From: Peptococcia bacterium
GTDB taxonomy: Bacteria; Bacillota; Peptococcia; DRI-13; DTU073
Length of the DNA stretch: 64,000 bases
Assembly (NCBI GenBank): GCA_050951565.1
Contig: JBMNJH010000007.1
Location: forward strand, 14,515-78,514
Direction: 5' to 3'
Both the position numbers and the translations under genes were made by a program. Within the stretch, counting starts at the first letter, position 1; each line of letters starts with the position of its first letter. Under the pieces are notes generated by a model. It ran no database searches. It saw nothing but the letters and a program-made list of their open reading frames with translations, and was not told the DNA's origin. Positions 1 through 9,222 of this stretch are shown in pieces.

Positions 1-641
1 TCTTTCTTGGCCTGGTCCCGGGAAAGCTGAGCCTTTTCCAAAGCAATTTCCGCCAGGGAAACGCTATTGGCACTCTGCTTCAGCTCTTCGGCTGTTGGCT
101 CATCCAACACTAAAACGGGCGGATGATGCAGGATGGCCATCGCCAGGGAAAGCCGCCGCTTCATCCCGCCGGAATAATGTTGCACCGGTTTGTCAATGTC
201 GTTAGATAAGTTGACTAACGCCATGACCTCTCTGATTCGTTTTTTGATTTCCCCCTTATTCATCCCATAAATCGAACCGAAAAACCGCAGGTTTTCGCCC
301 GCCGTGAGTGTCCCGTACAGGGCATCGGACTGCGCCATGTAACCCAGCTTGTTCATTAAACTAAGCTGCGGCATCGGCTCGTCCAAAACATCCACTTCAC
401 CCGAAGTGGCTTCCAAAAGCCCCGCGATGATTTTGACCATGGTTGTTTTGCCACAGCCGGAAGGACCCAGCAATCCGTAGATTTTTCCATAGGGAATCTC
501 CAGACTAATCCCTTTCAAAACGTGCTTGTCGCCAAAATATTTATGCACGTCCCGCACCACAATACAGTAAGAACTTTTGTTACTGTCCGAATTATGCTGT
601 TCCTTTTGGGGCGCATGGGGATAAGAGCGCTCTTCCATCAT
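1..641 (-). CDS. ABC transporter ATP-binding protein, partial (runs off the window; region after Walker B is atypical)
   Basis: Manual reverse-strand translation from ATG at 641. Walker A GLLGPSGCGKTT, signature YSGGMKRRLSLA and Walker B VLVLDEPT are all in one frame (ATG GCC ATC at 140 is in frame with 641). It is absent from the ORF track because there is no stop inside the window. After DEPT the frame reads AEELKQSANSVSLAEIALEKAQLSRDQAKK rather than a D-loop/H-loop. Confidence 0.75.
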   Translation of the reverse strand, partial: MMEERSYPHAPQKEQHNSDSNKSSYCIVVRDVHKYFGDKHVLKGISLEIPYGKIYGLLGPSGCGKTTMVKIIAGLLEATSGEVDVLDEPMPQLSLMNKLGYMAQSDALYGTLTAGENLRFFGSIYGMNKGEIKKRIREVMALVNLSNDIDKPVQHYSGGMKRRLSLAMAILHHPPVLVLDEPTAEELKQSANSVSLAEIALEKAQLSRDQAKK

Positions 642-690
642 CAAGCATCACTTCCAAAACTGATCGTTTAAATCTACTTCCAAAGCCTGT

Positions 691-1851
691 CTACCGGTCA
701 AAAATCCGGGATACCTCTTGCAGGTTCTCCACGATCTTGAGGTGTTGAGGACAATGCTCTTCACACTGCTTGCAGCCGATACAGTCCCCCGCCTTCCCAT
801 AGTTCTCGATAAAATTGCTGTAGTAAGTCCGGTGGGCAGGCACCAACCTAAACCGTTTCACATTGTTATACAGGGCAAAGTAGTCGGGGATCGCTATTTT
901 TTGGGGGCAGCCTTCCACACAGTAACCACAGGCCGTACAGGGGATGGCAATACTGCTGTTAATGATCTGGGCCGCCTGGTCGATGATTGCTTTTTCATCT
1001 TCATTTAAAGGAACAATATCCTGCATATAGCTGATATTGTCAACCATTTGTTCCAGGTCGCTCATCCCGCTCAAGACCATAAAAACATGATCCAGGGATG
1101 CGGCAAAACGGACAGCCCAGGAGGCTACGCTCATCTCGGGATGATAGGCCTTAAATAGCTTTTCCGCTTCTTCCGGGACATTGGCCAGGGCGCCGCCTTT
1201 GACCGGTTCCATGACGATAATCGGTTTTTGGTGCTTGACCGCTAGTTCATAACACTTGCGGGATTCAATGGTTTCATGTTCCCAATCGATATAGTTGATC
1301 TGCAACTGCACAAATTCCATCTCCGGATGCTCGGTTAAAATCCGGTCCAACACCTCCGCTTTATCATGGAAGGAAAAGCCGGCATGCCTGATTTTGCCCT
1401 CTTTCTTCATTTTATCGATGAATTCAAAACCGCCATGTTCCAATGTATTGGCATAGTTTTTTACGCCGAGGGTATGCAAGAGGTAATAATCAAAATAGCT
1501 AACCCCGCATTTTTCCAACTGCTCATTGAAAAAGCGCTCGTAATCTTCATGTTTGGTAACAAAAAAGGTGGGCATCTTATCAGCAAGCTGGTATGATTCC
1601 CGGGGATGCCTTTCCACCAGGGCCTTACGGGTAGCAAGCTCGCTCAATCCTTTATGGTAACGGTAGGCCGTATCAAAATAGGTAAAACCTTGCGCGAGAA
1701 AATAGTCCACCATCTGATTGAGCAGTTCCTGATTAATACTGGTCTGATCTTCCTCGTTGGTTAACGGTAACCGCATCAAGCCAAATCCTAGTTTCTTCAT
1801 TACAGCTTTTCCTCCTGTCATGACGTTTTTTGGGACAACTTTTGTTTCCAT
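691..1851 (-). CDS. Aldo/keto reductase with C-terminal 2x[4Fe-4S] ferredoxin-type domain
   Basis: 386-aa ORF. The N-terminal part is AKR-like (GFGLMRLP, FDTAYRYHKG). The C-terminus has two CxxCxxCxxxCP motifs (CTACGYCVEGCP, CIGCKQCEEHCP). Confidence 0.85.
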   Translation of the reverse strand: METKVVPKNVMTGGKAVMKKLGFGLMRLPLTNEEDQTSINQELLNQMVDYFLAQGFTYFDTAYRYHKGLSELATRKALVERHPRESYQLADKMPTFFVTKHEDYERFFNEQLEKCGVSYFDYYLLHTLGVKNYANTLEHGGFEFIDKMKKEGKIRHAGFSFHDKAEVLDRILTEHPEMEFVQLQINYIDWEHETIESRKCYELAVKHQKPIIVMEPVKGGALANVPEEAEKLFKAYHPEMSVASWAVRFAASLDHVFMVLSGMSDLEQMVDNISYMQDIVPLNEDEKAIIDQAAQIINSSIAIPCTACGYCVEGCPQKIAIPDYFALYNNVKRFRLVPAHRTYYSNFIENYGKAGDCIGCKQCEEHCPQHLKIVENLQEVSRIFDR

Positions 1852-1887
1852 TGGATCTTATTTTATAAATCTATGGTTGCCTCATGA

Positions 1888-2847
1888 TCATCCTACGTTT
1901 CTTAGGCGGTTTAATGTATCTTTCAGGATATGATAGCCGGTTTCCGGATCCTCAACATCAAAAACTGATTCTTCCAGCGGGCAGATGCCGTCCCCGGTCC
2001 GGTTGATTACTTTATCGATTAATTGGCCAAAACTTACCCCACAATCATGTCCGGTCAGATAGTCCCGGGCGGCAGCGCTCATGAGTTCCCCGTAGGCTCT
2101 TTTCGCCCCTCCCAGCACAAGCACGATGGCGGCAGCCTTTCCAATGAGCTTGTCAACAACATAGGAATCCTTCAATAATTCCGGTTCCTCCTCAAAAATT
2201 GTGATCAACGGGGAAATCCCTTGACCACTGGCCGTACGGATAATCTCGTCGTTTTTGATAATCACGCAACTGACCTTTCCATCCTTAATCATTTGGATGG
2301 CTTTGGCCAGGGACAACATTTTCAATTCGGCACCATGATTCCAATGTGAACGAACAGCTTTAACAACGGCCGGAACTAAAAGCAACTGAAGTACAATCCC
2401 GGGAAGCCCCTTCATAAAAGCTGCCGTTACGGAAAGAGCTTGCAATACTCCGTTATTTAACATCAGGAGAAACGTAAACAGCAATCCGTAAGCCAGCCGT
2501 CCACAGAACATGGCAATCAGCATGGAGGGATAAAGCGGGATCCTGACCTTTTGATAAAGAAAGCCGCTTACCAACCCATAGATGAAAAGCTCCCCCATCA
2601 TAATAGGCAGCATCGGAAAAAAGGAAGGCATCCCCGTTAAAAGGCTGGATAGAAAAGGGGTAAGTAAACCTCCTATAGCGCCGTAGGCCGGTCCGCAGAG
2701 CAGCCCCATCAAAAAAACCGGTATGTGCATTGGCAAAAGTACTGTTCCCGGTACACCGAAAGCATGAGCAGTGAAATAAGGAAGTAACAAACCGATACAG
2801 ACAAGCAATCCTGATAAAACAATACGGTGAGATGCGCTTTTCGTCAT
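1888..2847 (-). CDS. ThiW-like ECF-transporter S component fused to a C-terminal DUF1893 (TM1506-like) domain
   Basis: The N-terminal ~170 aa are polytopic, with the ThiW-type signature LPMHIPVFLMGLLCGP...LLTPFLSSLLTGMP. The C-terminal ~140 aa are soluble and match the DUF1893 pattern (DKLIGKAAAIVLVLGG ... INRTGDGICPLEE). Confidence 0.6.
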   Translation of the reverse strand: MTKSASHRIVLSGLLVCIGLLLPYFTAHAFGVPGTVLLPMHIPVFLMGLLCGPAYGAIGGLLTPFLSSLLTGMPSFFPMLPIMMGELFIYGLVSGFLYQKVRIPLYPSMLIAMFCGRLAYGLLFTFLLMLNNGVLQALSVTAAFMKGLPGIVLQLLLVPAVVKAVRSHWNHGAELKMLSLAKAIQMIKDGKVSCVIIKNDEIIRTASGQGISPLITIFEEEPELLKDSYVVDKLIGKAAAIVLVLGGAKRAYGELMSAAARDYLTGHDCGVSFGQLIDKVINRTGDGICPLEESVFDVEDPETGYHILKDTLNRLRNVG

Positions 2848-2926
2848 TTGAACACTCCTTCTGTTACTATGTCTTTTTTTACATCTTTTAAGAAAGCGGT
2901 TGATGCAAAAAGGGCTACTTTAGATA

Positions 2927-3214
2927 TTATACTCTTTGAATCCCTTGCAAATCAAAATAAACATTGTCTAATTTTTCATCCCTGAGCCAATCAGGAATGT
3001 CCATACCATTTATCTGCAGACAACAATCTATTAAGGCCGAAGCTTTTGTCAAATACACAAGCTCCTGATCAGTACATAAATCCAGATTCACCGGCTCGTT
3101 AAGACTGTTGATAAAGTCATTATCTTTGCTCTTTTATAACTCGATAAGCTGATTGAAACTTGTATCCTCGTCAGGGTAAGTAAATAATTCCTGTAAATAC
3201 CTATTCCCAATCAT
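2927..3214 (-). pseudogene. Small ORF interrupted by an in-frame TAA (26 codons, stop, 68 codons)
   Basis: Manual translation gives MIGNRYLQELFTYPDEDTSFNQLIEL*KSKDNDFINSLNEPVNLDLCTDQELVYLTKASALIDCCLQINGMDIPDWLRDEKLDNVYFDLQGIQRV*. The internal TAA is at 3136..3134. No family recognised. Confidence 0.35.
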
Positions 3215-3241
3215 AACCTAAATCCTTTCCTAAGATGGCCA

Positions 3242-3622
3242 TCATGCTCCTCCCTTTTGTTCACAATTATATTCCCTGCTCATGGCCTCTTTTAAATCAT
3301 CCCGGACACTTATCTCCGCCAAGGGTACTTTGGAACGATAAGCCGCCCGGCAAGTCATGTGCGCTGCAACGGGAGAAGTAAGAAAAACAAAGAAAATCCC
3401 CAGGAATAACTTGATACTAAAATACCTCTCCACAAACAAGAAAAACAAAAAGGTGCCCAGGAGAACAAATAATACCCCCAAGGTGCAGCTTTTGGCAAGA
3501 GCATGGGCACGGTTATAGACATCCGGTAAGCGAATAAACCCGATGGCACTAAGGGAACCAGCGACGGTCCCAATTAAAATCAAAAAAACACTGCCCAATT
3601 CAATCAGATGACCGGCGCTCAA
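3242..3622 (-). CDS. mrpG: Na+/H+ antiporter Mrp/Mnh subunit G
   Basis: 126-aa three-TM protein. It is last in a seven-gene operon with the canonical MrpA-G sizes and order, and overlaps mrpF. Confidence 0.8.
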   Translation of the reverse strand: MSAGHLIELGSVFLILIGTVAGSLSAIGFIRLPDVYNRAHALAKSCTLGVLFVLLGTFLFFLFVERYFSIKLFLGIFFVFLTSPVAAHMTCRAAYRSKVPLAEISVRDDLKEAMSREYNCEQKGGA

Positions 3623-3884
3623 TCACCACACCCCTTTCCATGTACTTGGCCAAGGCGATGGTCCCTATAAAGGACAAAATGCCCAGCAAGAGAATTACTT
3701 CGAAAAAGGCGGTGCTTCTTAAAATCACCGAAAAAACCCCCATCCCGGCAATCATGTTAATCCCTAACGCATCTAAGGCCTGGGTCCGTTCCGGAGTCGA
3801 AGGCCCCTTAATCAAACGATAAATCGAAACCAGGATAGAAAGCGTCACAAAGCCGGTCGATAAATACAACATAACCTTAATCAT
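3600..3884 (-). CDS. mrpF: Na+/H+ antiporter Mrp/Mnh subunit F
   Basis: 94-aa membrane protein in the correct position within the mrp operon. Its stop/start overlaps mrpE (ATGA-type). Confidence 0.8.
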   Translation of the reverse strand: MIKVMLYLSTGFVTLSILVSIYRLIKGPSTPERTQALDALGINMIAGMGVFSVILRSTAFFEVILLLGILSFIGTIALAKYMERGVVIERRSSD

Positions 3885-4369
3885 TTTCTCGTCACCTTCT
3901 TAATCGCTTCTTCAAACCGGTTCCTGGACCGCAGCACCGCATCACTCAACTCCGGGATATCCATCACATGGGTGTATAGTATTTTGTAATCAGGAGAAAC
4001 CTCCATCACCACTGAACCCGGCGTTAAGGTAATCAGCAGGGCCAGTAGAGTAACTTCTATGTCCCCTTCCAGGCTGGTTTCCATCGCCACAATGCCTGGT
4101 TTAATGCGAATTTGCGGGGTGATAATTTTTCGGATCACCAGGATACTGGAAATAAACATTTCCCAGATAAAAAGCAGAAAAAGACTGATTACCGCATGCA
4201 AGGTGAACAAGTAAAATTTCGAACGCAGGAAGCGCCGGATAACAAACAACACACACAAACCGAATAAATAACCGCTTAAAAAGCTCAAAGCGCTCCAATC
4301 ATTTTGAAAGAACATCCATAACAAACCGATAAACAGATTGATTAACACTTGCATGGGCATTATCATCAC
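3881..4369 (-). CDS. mrpE: Na+/H+ antiporter Mrp/Mnh subunit E
   Basis: 162 aa, with N-terminal TM segments and a soluble C-terminus. Placed by position in the operon. Confidence 0.75.
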   Translation of the reverse strand: MMIMPMQVLINLFIGLLWMFFQNDWSALSFLSGYLFGLCVLFVIRRFLRSKFYLFTLHAVISLFLLFIWEMFISSILVIRKIITPQIRIKPGIVAMETSLEGDIEVTLLALLITLTPGSVVMEVSPDYKILYTHVMDIPELSDAVLRSRNRFEEAIKKVTRK

Positions 4370-4445
4370 CCCTTTCTGTCATCATTGCTGTAAATTGCGG
4401 CTCAGCAACGCACCTAAATACTGCTCCCATCTGCTTTATCCCCTG

Positions 4446-5930
4446 CTAAAGATTGCTACTCAGCACCGCATCTACATAGAGGCGAGGATCGCTTAGGACC
4501 GCTACCGCCAAATCCACATACTCACTAAGCGCTTCCGCCCCTAAACCCAAGAAAAGAACGACCGCGGTGAGAATTCCCAGGGGCCACAACAACCCTTTCG
4601 TGGTCCCTTTTTCCGTCTCGGCGGTATAGTTCGTATATCCCCAAAAGACCTGCATAAAGATTTTCATGACCGAATACAGCACCAAAAGCCCGGTGAAAAG
4701 GCCAATTCCCCCCAGCCAGAAATAGCCGGCCTGAAAAGTCCCGGTAGTGACAAACAGCTTCCCAATAAAACCGCTTAAGGGCGGGATTCCGGATAAAGCC
4801 AGGGCCGCCAGAAAGAACATCCACCCCAACTGGGGATGCAAACGAATCAGCCCACTCATCTCTTTCAGTTTATCGGTCCCGGTTAAGTGAATAATCGTTC
4901 CCCCCAAAAGAAAGAGCAGCGCCTTCACGTTCATATCATGAAGCAGGTAATACACCGCGCCTCTCATCCCTTCTAAAGTAAAAGAGGCAAAGCCCGCGAG
5001 AATAAACCCAACCCCCACCACCACGTTATAAGTAAGAATCCTTCGAATATCCCAATAGGCTACGGCTCCCATCGCCCCCAGCACCATCGACACGGCGGCC
5101 AAAATCCCGATGAACAGGTGGGTAACATTAGGCTCATGGTAAAAGACAAGGGAAAACAAACGGATAATCCCGTAGACCCCCACCTTGGTTAATAGGGAGG
5201 CAAAAAGAGCCGCGATGGCCGTAGGCGGCGCGCTGTAAGGGCCGGGCAACCAAAAGAACAGAAATAAACCGGCTTTAATACTAAAGACTATCAAGAACAA
5301 AAAGGCAACGGCCGTCATCAGCCCGCCCTGCCCGGCTTGAGCCACCCGGACGGACAAATGCGCCATATTTAAGGTGCCCAGCATGGCATATAAAAAGGCA
5401 ATGGCGATCAAAAACAAAGAAGAGGAAATCATATTAATTAGAATATACTTAACCGACTCCCTTAGCTGCATCTTCGTTCCGCCCAAGGTAATCAACACAT
5501 AGGAAGCTACCAGCATCACCTCAAAGAAAACAAACAGATTGAAAATATCCCCGGTCAGAAAAGAACCGTTCACCCCGGCCATTAAAAACAAAGTCAAAGG
5601 GTAAAAGTAATGTTGCTCCCGGTCCGCTCCAATGGAAGAAAAAGCATAGCACAAGCAGCAAAAGGTGATCAGGGCGGTAGTCAAAACAAGCAGTACCGCA
5701 AACATATCTGCTACCAAGGTGATGCCAAAGGGAGCCTCCCAGCCGCCTAAATAAAGGGTTTGCACCCCTTCCCTTTTGATTTGTTCCAGCAAAAAGGCCG
5801 CTACAGCGCCAATCGAAAGGGTCACCGCAATGCTTAAATAGCGCTGTAGCTTTATCATATTTTTGCAGATCACCATCACCATGCCGGCAATGATGGGAAT
5901 GACAATGGGCAAAACAATGGTATTATTCAT
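4446..5930 (-). CDS. mrpD: Na+/H+ antiporter Mrp/Mnh subunit D (NuoN/ND2-like proton-pumping subunit)
   Basis: 494-aa polytopic protein of the complex I antiporter-like family (WLPGPYSAPPTAIAALF, GIPPLSGFIGK). Confidence 0.9.
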   Translation of the reverse strand: MNNTIVLPIVIPIIAGMVMVICKNMIKLQRYLSIAVTLSIGAVAAFLLEQIKREGVQTLYLGGWEAPFGITLVADMFAVLLVLTTALITFCCLCYAFSSIGADREQHYFYPLTLFLMAGVNGSFLTGDIFNLFVFFEVMLVASYVLITLGGTKMQLRESVKYILINMISSSLFLIAIAFLYAMLGTLNMAHLSVRVAQAGQGGLMTAVAFLFLIVFSIKAGLFLFFWLPGPYSAPPTAIAALFASLLTKVGVYGIIRLFSLVFYHEPNVTHLFIGILAAVSMVLGAMGAVAYWDIRRILTYNVVVGVGFILAGFASFTLEGMRGAVYYLLHDMNVKALLFLLGGTIIHLTGTDKLKEMSGLIRLHPQLGWMFFLAALALSGIPPLSGFIGKLFVTTGTFQAGYFWLGGIGLFTGLLVLYSVMKIFMQVFWGYTNYTAETEKGTTKGLLWPLGILTAVVLFLGLGAEALSEYVDLAVAVLSDPRLYVDAVLSSNL

Positions 5931-6261
5931 TCTCGTAACCCCTTAATTGTTCTGAGTTGTCGGTGCCTAATTCTTCATAAGTACGGTAGCTTAACACCAA
6001 AAAAAGTGCGGTGGTGGCAAAATTAATGACGATGGCCGTAAGCAACAGCGCCTGGGGCAAAGGATCGGTAAAGGAATACTCCTTCCAACCCAAAAGCGGC
6101 GCCCCGCCCTTTTTTAAGCCCCCCATGGTCATAATCAGCAAATTGACGCCATGACCAATAATCGAGATCCCTAACAGAATCCTCAGCAAAGTTTTCGAGA
6201 GAATCAAATAAGTGCCTATAGCAAATAAAATTCCAATGACAACGCACATAATGGTTTCCAT
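5923..6261 (-). CDS. mrpC: Na+/H+ antiporter Mrp/Mnh subunit C (NuoK-like)
   Basis: 112-aa three-TM protein that overlaps both mrpD and mrpB. Confidence 0.85.
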   Translation of the reverse strand: METIMCVVIGILFAIGTYLILSKTLLRILLGISIIGHGVNLLIMTMGGLKKGGAPLLGWKEYSFTDPLPQALLLTAIVINFATTALFLVLSYRTYEELGTDNSEQLRGYENE

Positions 6262-6686
6262 TAACGATCATCACCTATGCTCATAATAATGGTCAACGAT
6301 GTTCCGATGACGGCCAGGGCCACGCCCACATCAAATAAAACCGCCGTGGCCAGCTCAGTCTGCCCAAAAACCGGAAGATGCACCTGGCCAAAGGTTTGGT
6401 ATAAAAAGTTTTTACCGGCAAGCATGCCGCCTACCCCGGTAAACACCGAAATGAGCACTCCTATTCCGGCCACCTTTTTAAAATCCACCGCGATATTCCG
6501 GCGCACCTTATCAATCCCGTAAACAAGAAAAAGAAGAACAATCGCCGCCACAAAAGACAGCCCGCCGATAAAGCCTCCTCCCGGCCGGTGATGCCCGGAA
6601 ATAAACAGGTGGATGGAAAAGGTCAGGATGATCACCACGGCTGCTTTCGATACTGTTCTTAAGATCACATCATTGGCTTCCTTCAT
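6261..6686 (-). CDS. mrpB: Na+/H+ antiporter Mrp/Mnh subunit B
   Basis: 141-aa membrane protein (GHHRPGGGFIGGL motif) in the correct operon position. Confidence 0.85.
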   Translation of the reverse strand: MKEANDVILRTVSKAAVVIILTFSIHLFISGHHRPGGGFIGGLSFVAAIVLLFLVYGIDKVRRNIAVDFKKVAGIGVLISVFTGVGGMLAGKNFLYQTFGQVHLPVFGQTELATAVLFDVGVALAVIGTSLTIIMSIGDDR

Positions 6687-9087
6687 GTTCTTCCCTCCTT
6701 GTCAAACACAGCTTAATCAAGGTATACACTCCTAAGCCCGCCATGGACAGAACCAATATTTCCAGCATGGTATCAAAACCACGGAAGTCCACAAGAATGG
6801 CATTCACAATATTTTTGGCTCCGGCCAGTTGGTATGAGTTCTTATAAAAACCGGAGATCGACGGAAACAAATGATGGGCATAGGCCGAAAAGGCCACCAG
6901 CGTCATCACGGTCCCAACCCCGATGGCGATGACGCCATTGACCAACTTAAACCGCCAGGGGCTTTTTTCCTTTTTAAACTTGGGCAAATGGTAAATGCAC
7001 AACAATAACAAAACTGTGGTAACGGTTTCCACCACTAACTGGGTAAGCGCCAGGTCTGGGGCCCGAAAGATCACAAAAAAGGTAACCACCATAAATCCCA
7101 GTCCGCCAACAGCGATAACGGACGTCAATCTTGATTGGGAAAGGAGCACCGTAATAGCGCAGGAAACCATCCCCAGAAGCAACAGAATTTCATAAAGACT
7201 GACCGCGGAGTTCCGGGAAAAATCCAAAGTAAATCCATTAAATAAATAGACCGCTCCCCCTACCACCAAAATTACAAAAGCCAGGATATAGACCAAATAA
7301 TCCCGGGCGAAACCGGTCATATACCGCTTCGTGACCGCCCGCGAGAACACTTCCGTCTTTTCCAGGAGCCATATGTAGAGATTGTTCAAAGTGTACCTAT
7401 GAGGGTAAAGACGCAAGAAGCGTCTCCATTTAAGAAAGGTCTTATATAAGAAAAACCCCAACAGCACTACCCCGATGGTCATCAATAAGGCCGCATTAAA
7501 CCCATGCCATGGTTTAATTTCGTACTGTAAAGAGGCTGCCCCCTCAAAAGTCGGCAAGACCGCTTCCCAGGCCGGCTGCAATAAATGGCGGGACAAAACA
7601 TTGGGGTAGAAAAAAATAATGATCACTAAAGCCGCTAAGATGATGGGTGAAAGCAACATGCCAAAAGAAGCTTCATGGGGTTTTTTCTTCAATTTCTCAG
7701 TATGTTGCTTGCCCAGGAAAGTCCTACAAAGAATGATTAAGCAATAAACAAAAGTAAAGACACTGGCCAGCCAGGCCACAAACACCAGGAGACTACCCCA
7801 TCTTCCCATTTGAAAAAATGGCATTTCCCCGGCCTTTAATACCGCCGCAAAAAACATCTCCTTGCTTAGAAAGCCGTTAAAAGGAGGCAGGCCGGCCATG
7901 GCCAAGCTCCCCGTCAAGGTCAGAAGGAAGGAGATGGGCATGGCCTGCATTAAACCGCCTAACTTCCGAATACTCCGTGTCCCTAGCTCATGGTCGATTA
8001 TCCCCACCACCATAAAGAGACAACCTTTAAAAGTGGCGTGATTCACCAGGTGAAAAATGGCGGCAAAGATGGCAATGGCGTACACTGTCCCTTCCTTGCC
8101 GGCACCAAAATACAAAGCAGCCGAGCCTAAACCTAATAAGCTCATGATTAAACCCAACTGGCTAATGGTCGAATAAGCCAGGAGGGCTTTTAAATCGGTC
8201 TGTTTCAGGGCATTTAAAGAGCCGTAGAACAAGGTGACCAGACCGACGCCCGCCACCAGCCAGAACCATTCCGCTGCCCCACCGAAAAGCAGCGTTAAAC
8301 GGGCGACCAGATAAATGCCCGCTTTCACCATCGTGGCCGAATGTAAATAGGCGCTGATGGGCGTTGGCGCCTCCATGGCATCAGGCAACCAGATACTAAA
8401 GGGAAACTGGGCTGATTTGGTAAACGCCCCCAACAGGACTAAAACCATCGCCGGCACAAAAAAGGGATGCGACTGGATGAGCTCTACTTTGTTCATTAAT
8501 GCTTGAATGCTGGCTGTTCCGGTGATCAGGAAAAGAAGAATAAAGCCCGCCAGCATCGATAGACCGCCAAAAACCGTAATCAACAAAGACTTTTGGGCGC
8601 CGGAGCGGGATTTTTCCCGTTCGAACCAGTAGGCGATCAACAAAAAGGACGAGATACTGGTGATTTCCCAAAAAACATATAAGACAAAAAGGTTGTCGGC
8701 AAAAACAACGCCCAGCATGGCTCCCATAAAGAGGAGCAAATAAACATAGAAATTATGTAAGGCTTCTTTGAACTTGGACAAATAATAAATTGAATAAAGG
8801 GTCACCAAAAAGCCCATGCCGCTAATGATTAAAGCAAAAACTAGGGCTAAACCGTCCAGATGGGCGGTTAAATTAAGACCATAAGACGGAATCCAGGGAA
8901 GGTTCAAATGAACGATCCGGCCGGCGGAAATAATAGGGATGTAGGAACAAAGATAACAAAATAAAATCAACGGAACAAACAGAACAAACCAACCCGTGTG
9001 GATCCGAGGGTTAATACGCTTATGTAAGAACGGAACAAAAACAGCGGTAATAAATGGAAGAGCGATGACCTGGTAGAAGTATGCCAT
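6670..9087 (-). CDS. mrpA: Na+/H+ antiporter Mrp/Mnh subunit A (NuoL-like plus MrpB-like C-terminal domain)
   Basis: Large polytopic ORF of the complex I antiporter family (WLPDAMEAPTPISAYLHSATMVKAG). I moved the start to ATG 9087 (MAYFYQ...), which follows the RBS AAAGGAGAAGG. The track start at 9135 has no RBS. Confidence 0.9.
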   Translation of the reverse strand: MAYFYQVIALPFITAVFVPFLHKRINPRIHTGWFVLFVPLILFCYLCSYIPIISAGRIVHLNLPWIPSYGLNLTAHLDGLALVFALIISGMGFLVTLYSIYYLSKFKEALHNFYVYLLLFMGAMLGVVFADNLFVLYVFWEITSISSFLLIAYWFEREKSRSGAQKSLLITVFGGLSMLAGFILLFLITGTASIQALMNKVELIQSHPFFVPAMVLVLLGAFTKSAQFPFSIWLPDAMEAPTPISAYLHSATMVKAGIYLVARLTLLFGGAAEWFWLVAGVGLVTLFYGSLNALKQTDLKALLAYSTISQLGLIMSLLGLGSAALYFGAGKEGTVYAIAIFAAIFHLVNHATFKGCLFMVVGIIDHELGTRSIRKLGGLMQAMPISFLLTLTGSLAMAGLPPFNGFLSKEMFFAAVLKAGEMPFFQMGRWGSLLVFVAWLASVFTFVYCLIILCRTFLGKQHTEKLKKKPHEASFGMLLSPIILAALVIIIFFYPNVLSRHLLQPAWEAVLPTFEGAASLQYEIKPWHGFNAALLMTIGVVLLGFFLYKTFLKWRRFLRLYPHRYTLNNLYIWLLEKTEVFSRAVTKRYMTGFARDYLVYILAFVILVVGGAVYLFNGFTLDFSRNSAVSLYEILLLLGMVSCAITVLLSQSRLTSVIAVGGLGFMVVTFFVIFRAPDLALTQLVVETVTTVLLLLCIYHLPKFKKEKSPWRFKLVNGVIAIGVGTVMTLVAFSAYAHHLFPSISGFYKNSYQLAGAKNIVNAILVDFRGFDTMLEILVLSMAGLGVYTLIKLCLTRREEHEGSQ

Positions 9088-9149
9088 CAAGCCTTCTCCT
9101 TTCCAATTGATGAAAGCACGTCCCAACCAAAGCAAAAAAGCGGCTAATA

Positions 9150-9178
9150 TTGACGGAACAGCAAAGATAAGTTATATT
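9150..9178 (+). promoter_or_regulatory. Candidate sigma-A promoter for the Usp-like gene
   Basis: TTGACG (9150-9155), a 17-nt spacer, then TATATT (9173-9178), about 45 nt upstream of ATG 9223. Confidence 0.4.
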
Positions 9179-9222
9179 CATCATAAGTGCAAGTATACTA
9201 TACCTGCGGAGGGAAACAGAAA

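Noticed and set aside
2848-3000. I looked for a TPP riboswitch upstream of the ThiW-like gene.
   Set aside because: No CUGAGA / ACCUGAUCUGGAUAAUGCCAGCG-type core is visible on the minus strand. The region instead holds the 3' end of a disrupted small ORF and a promoter-like element.
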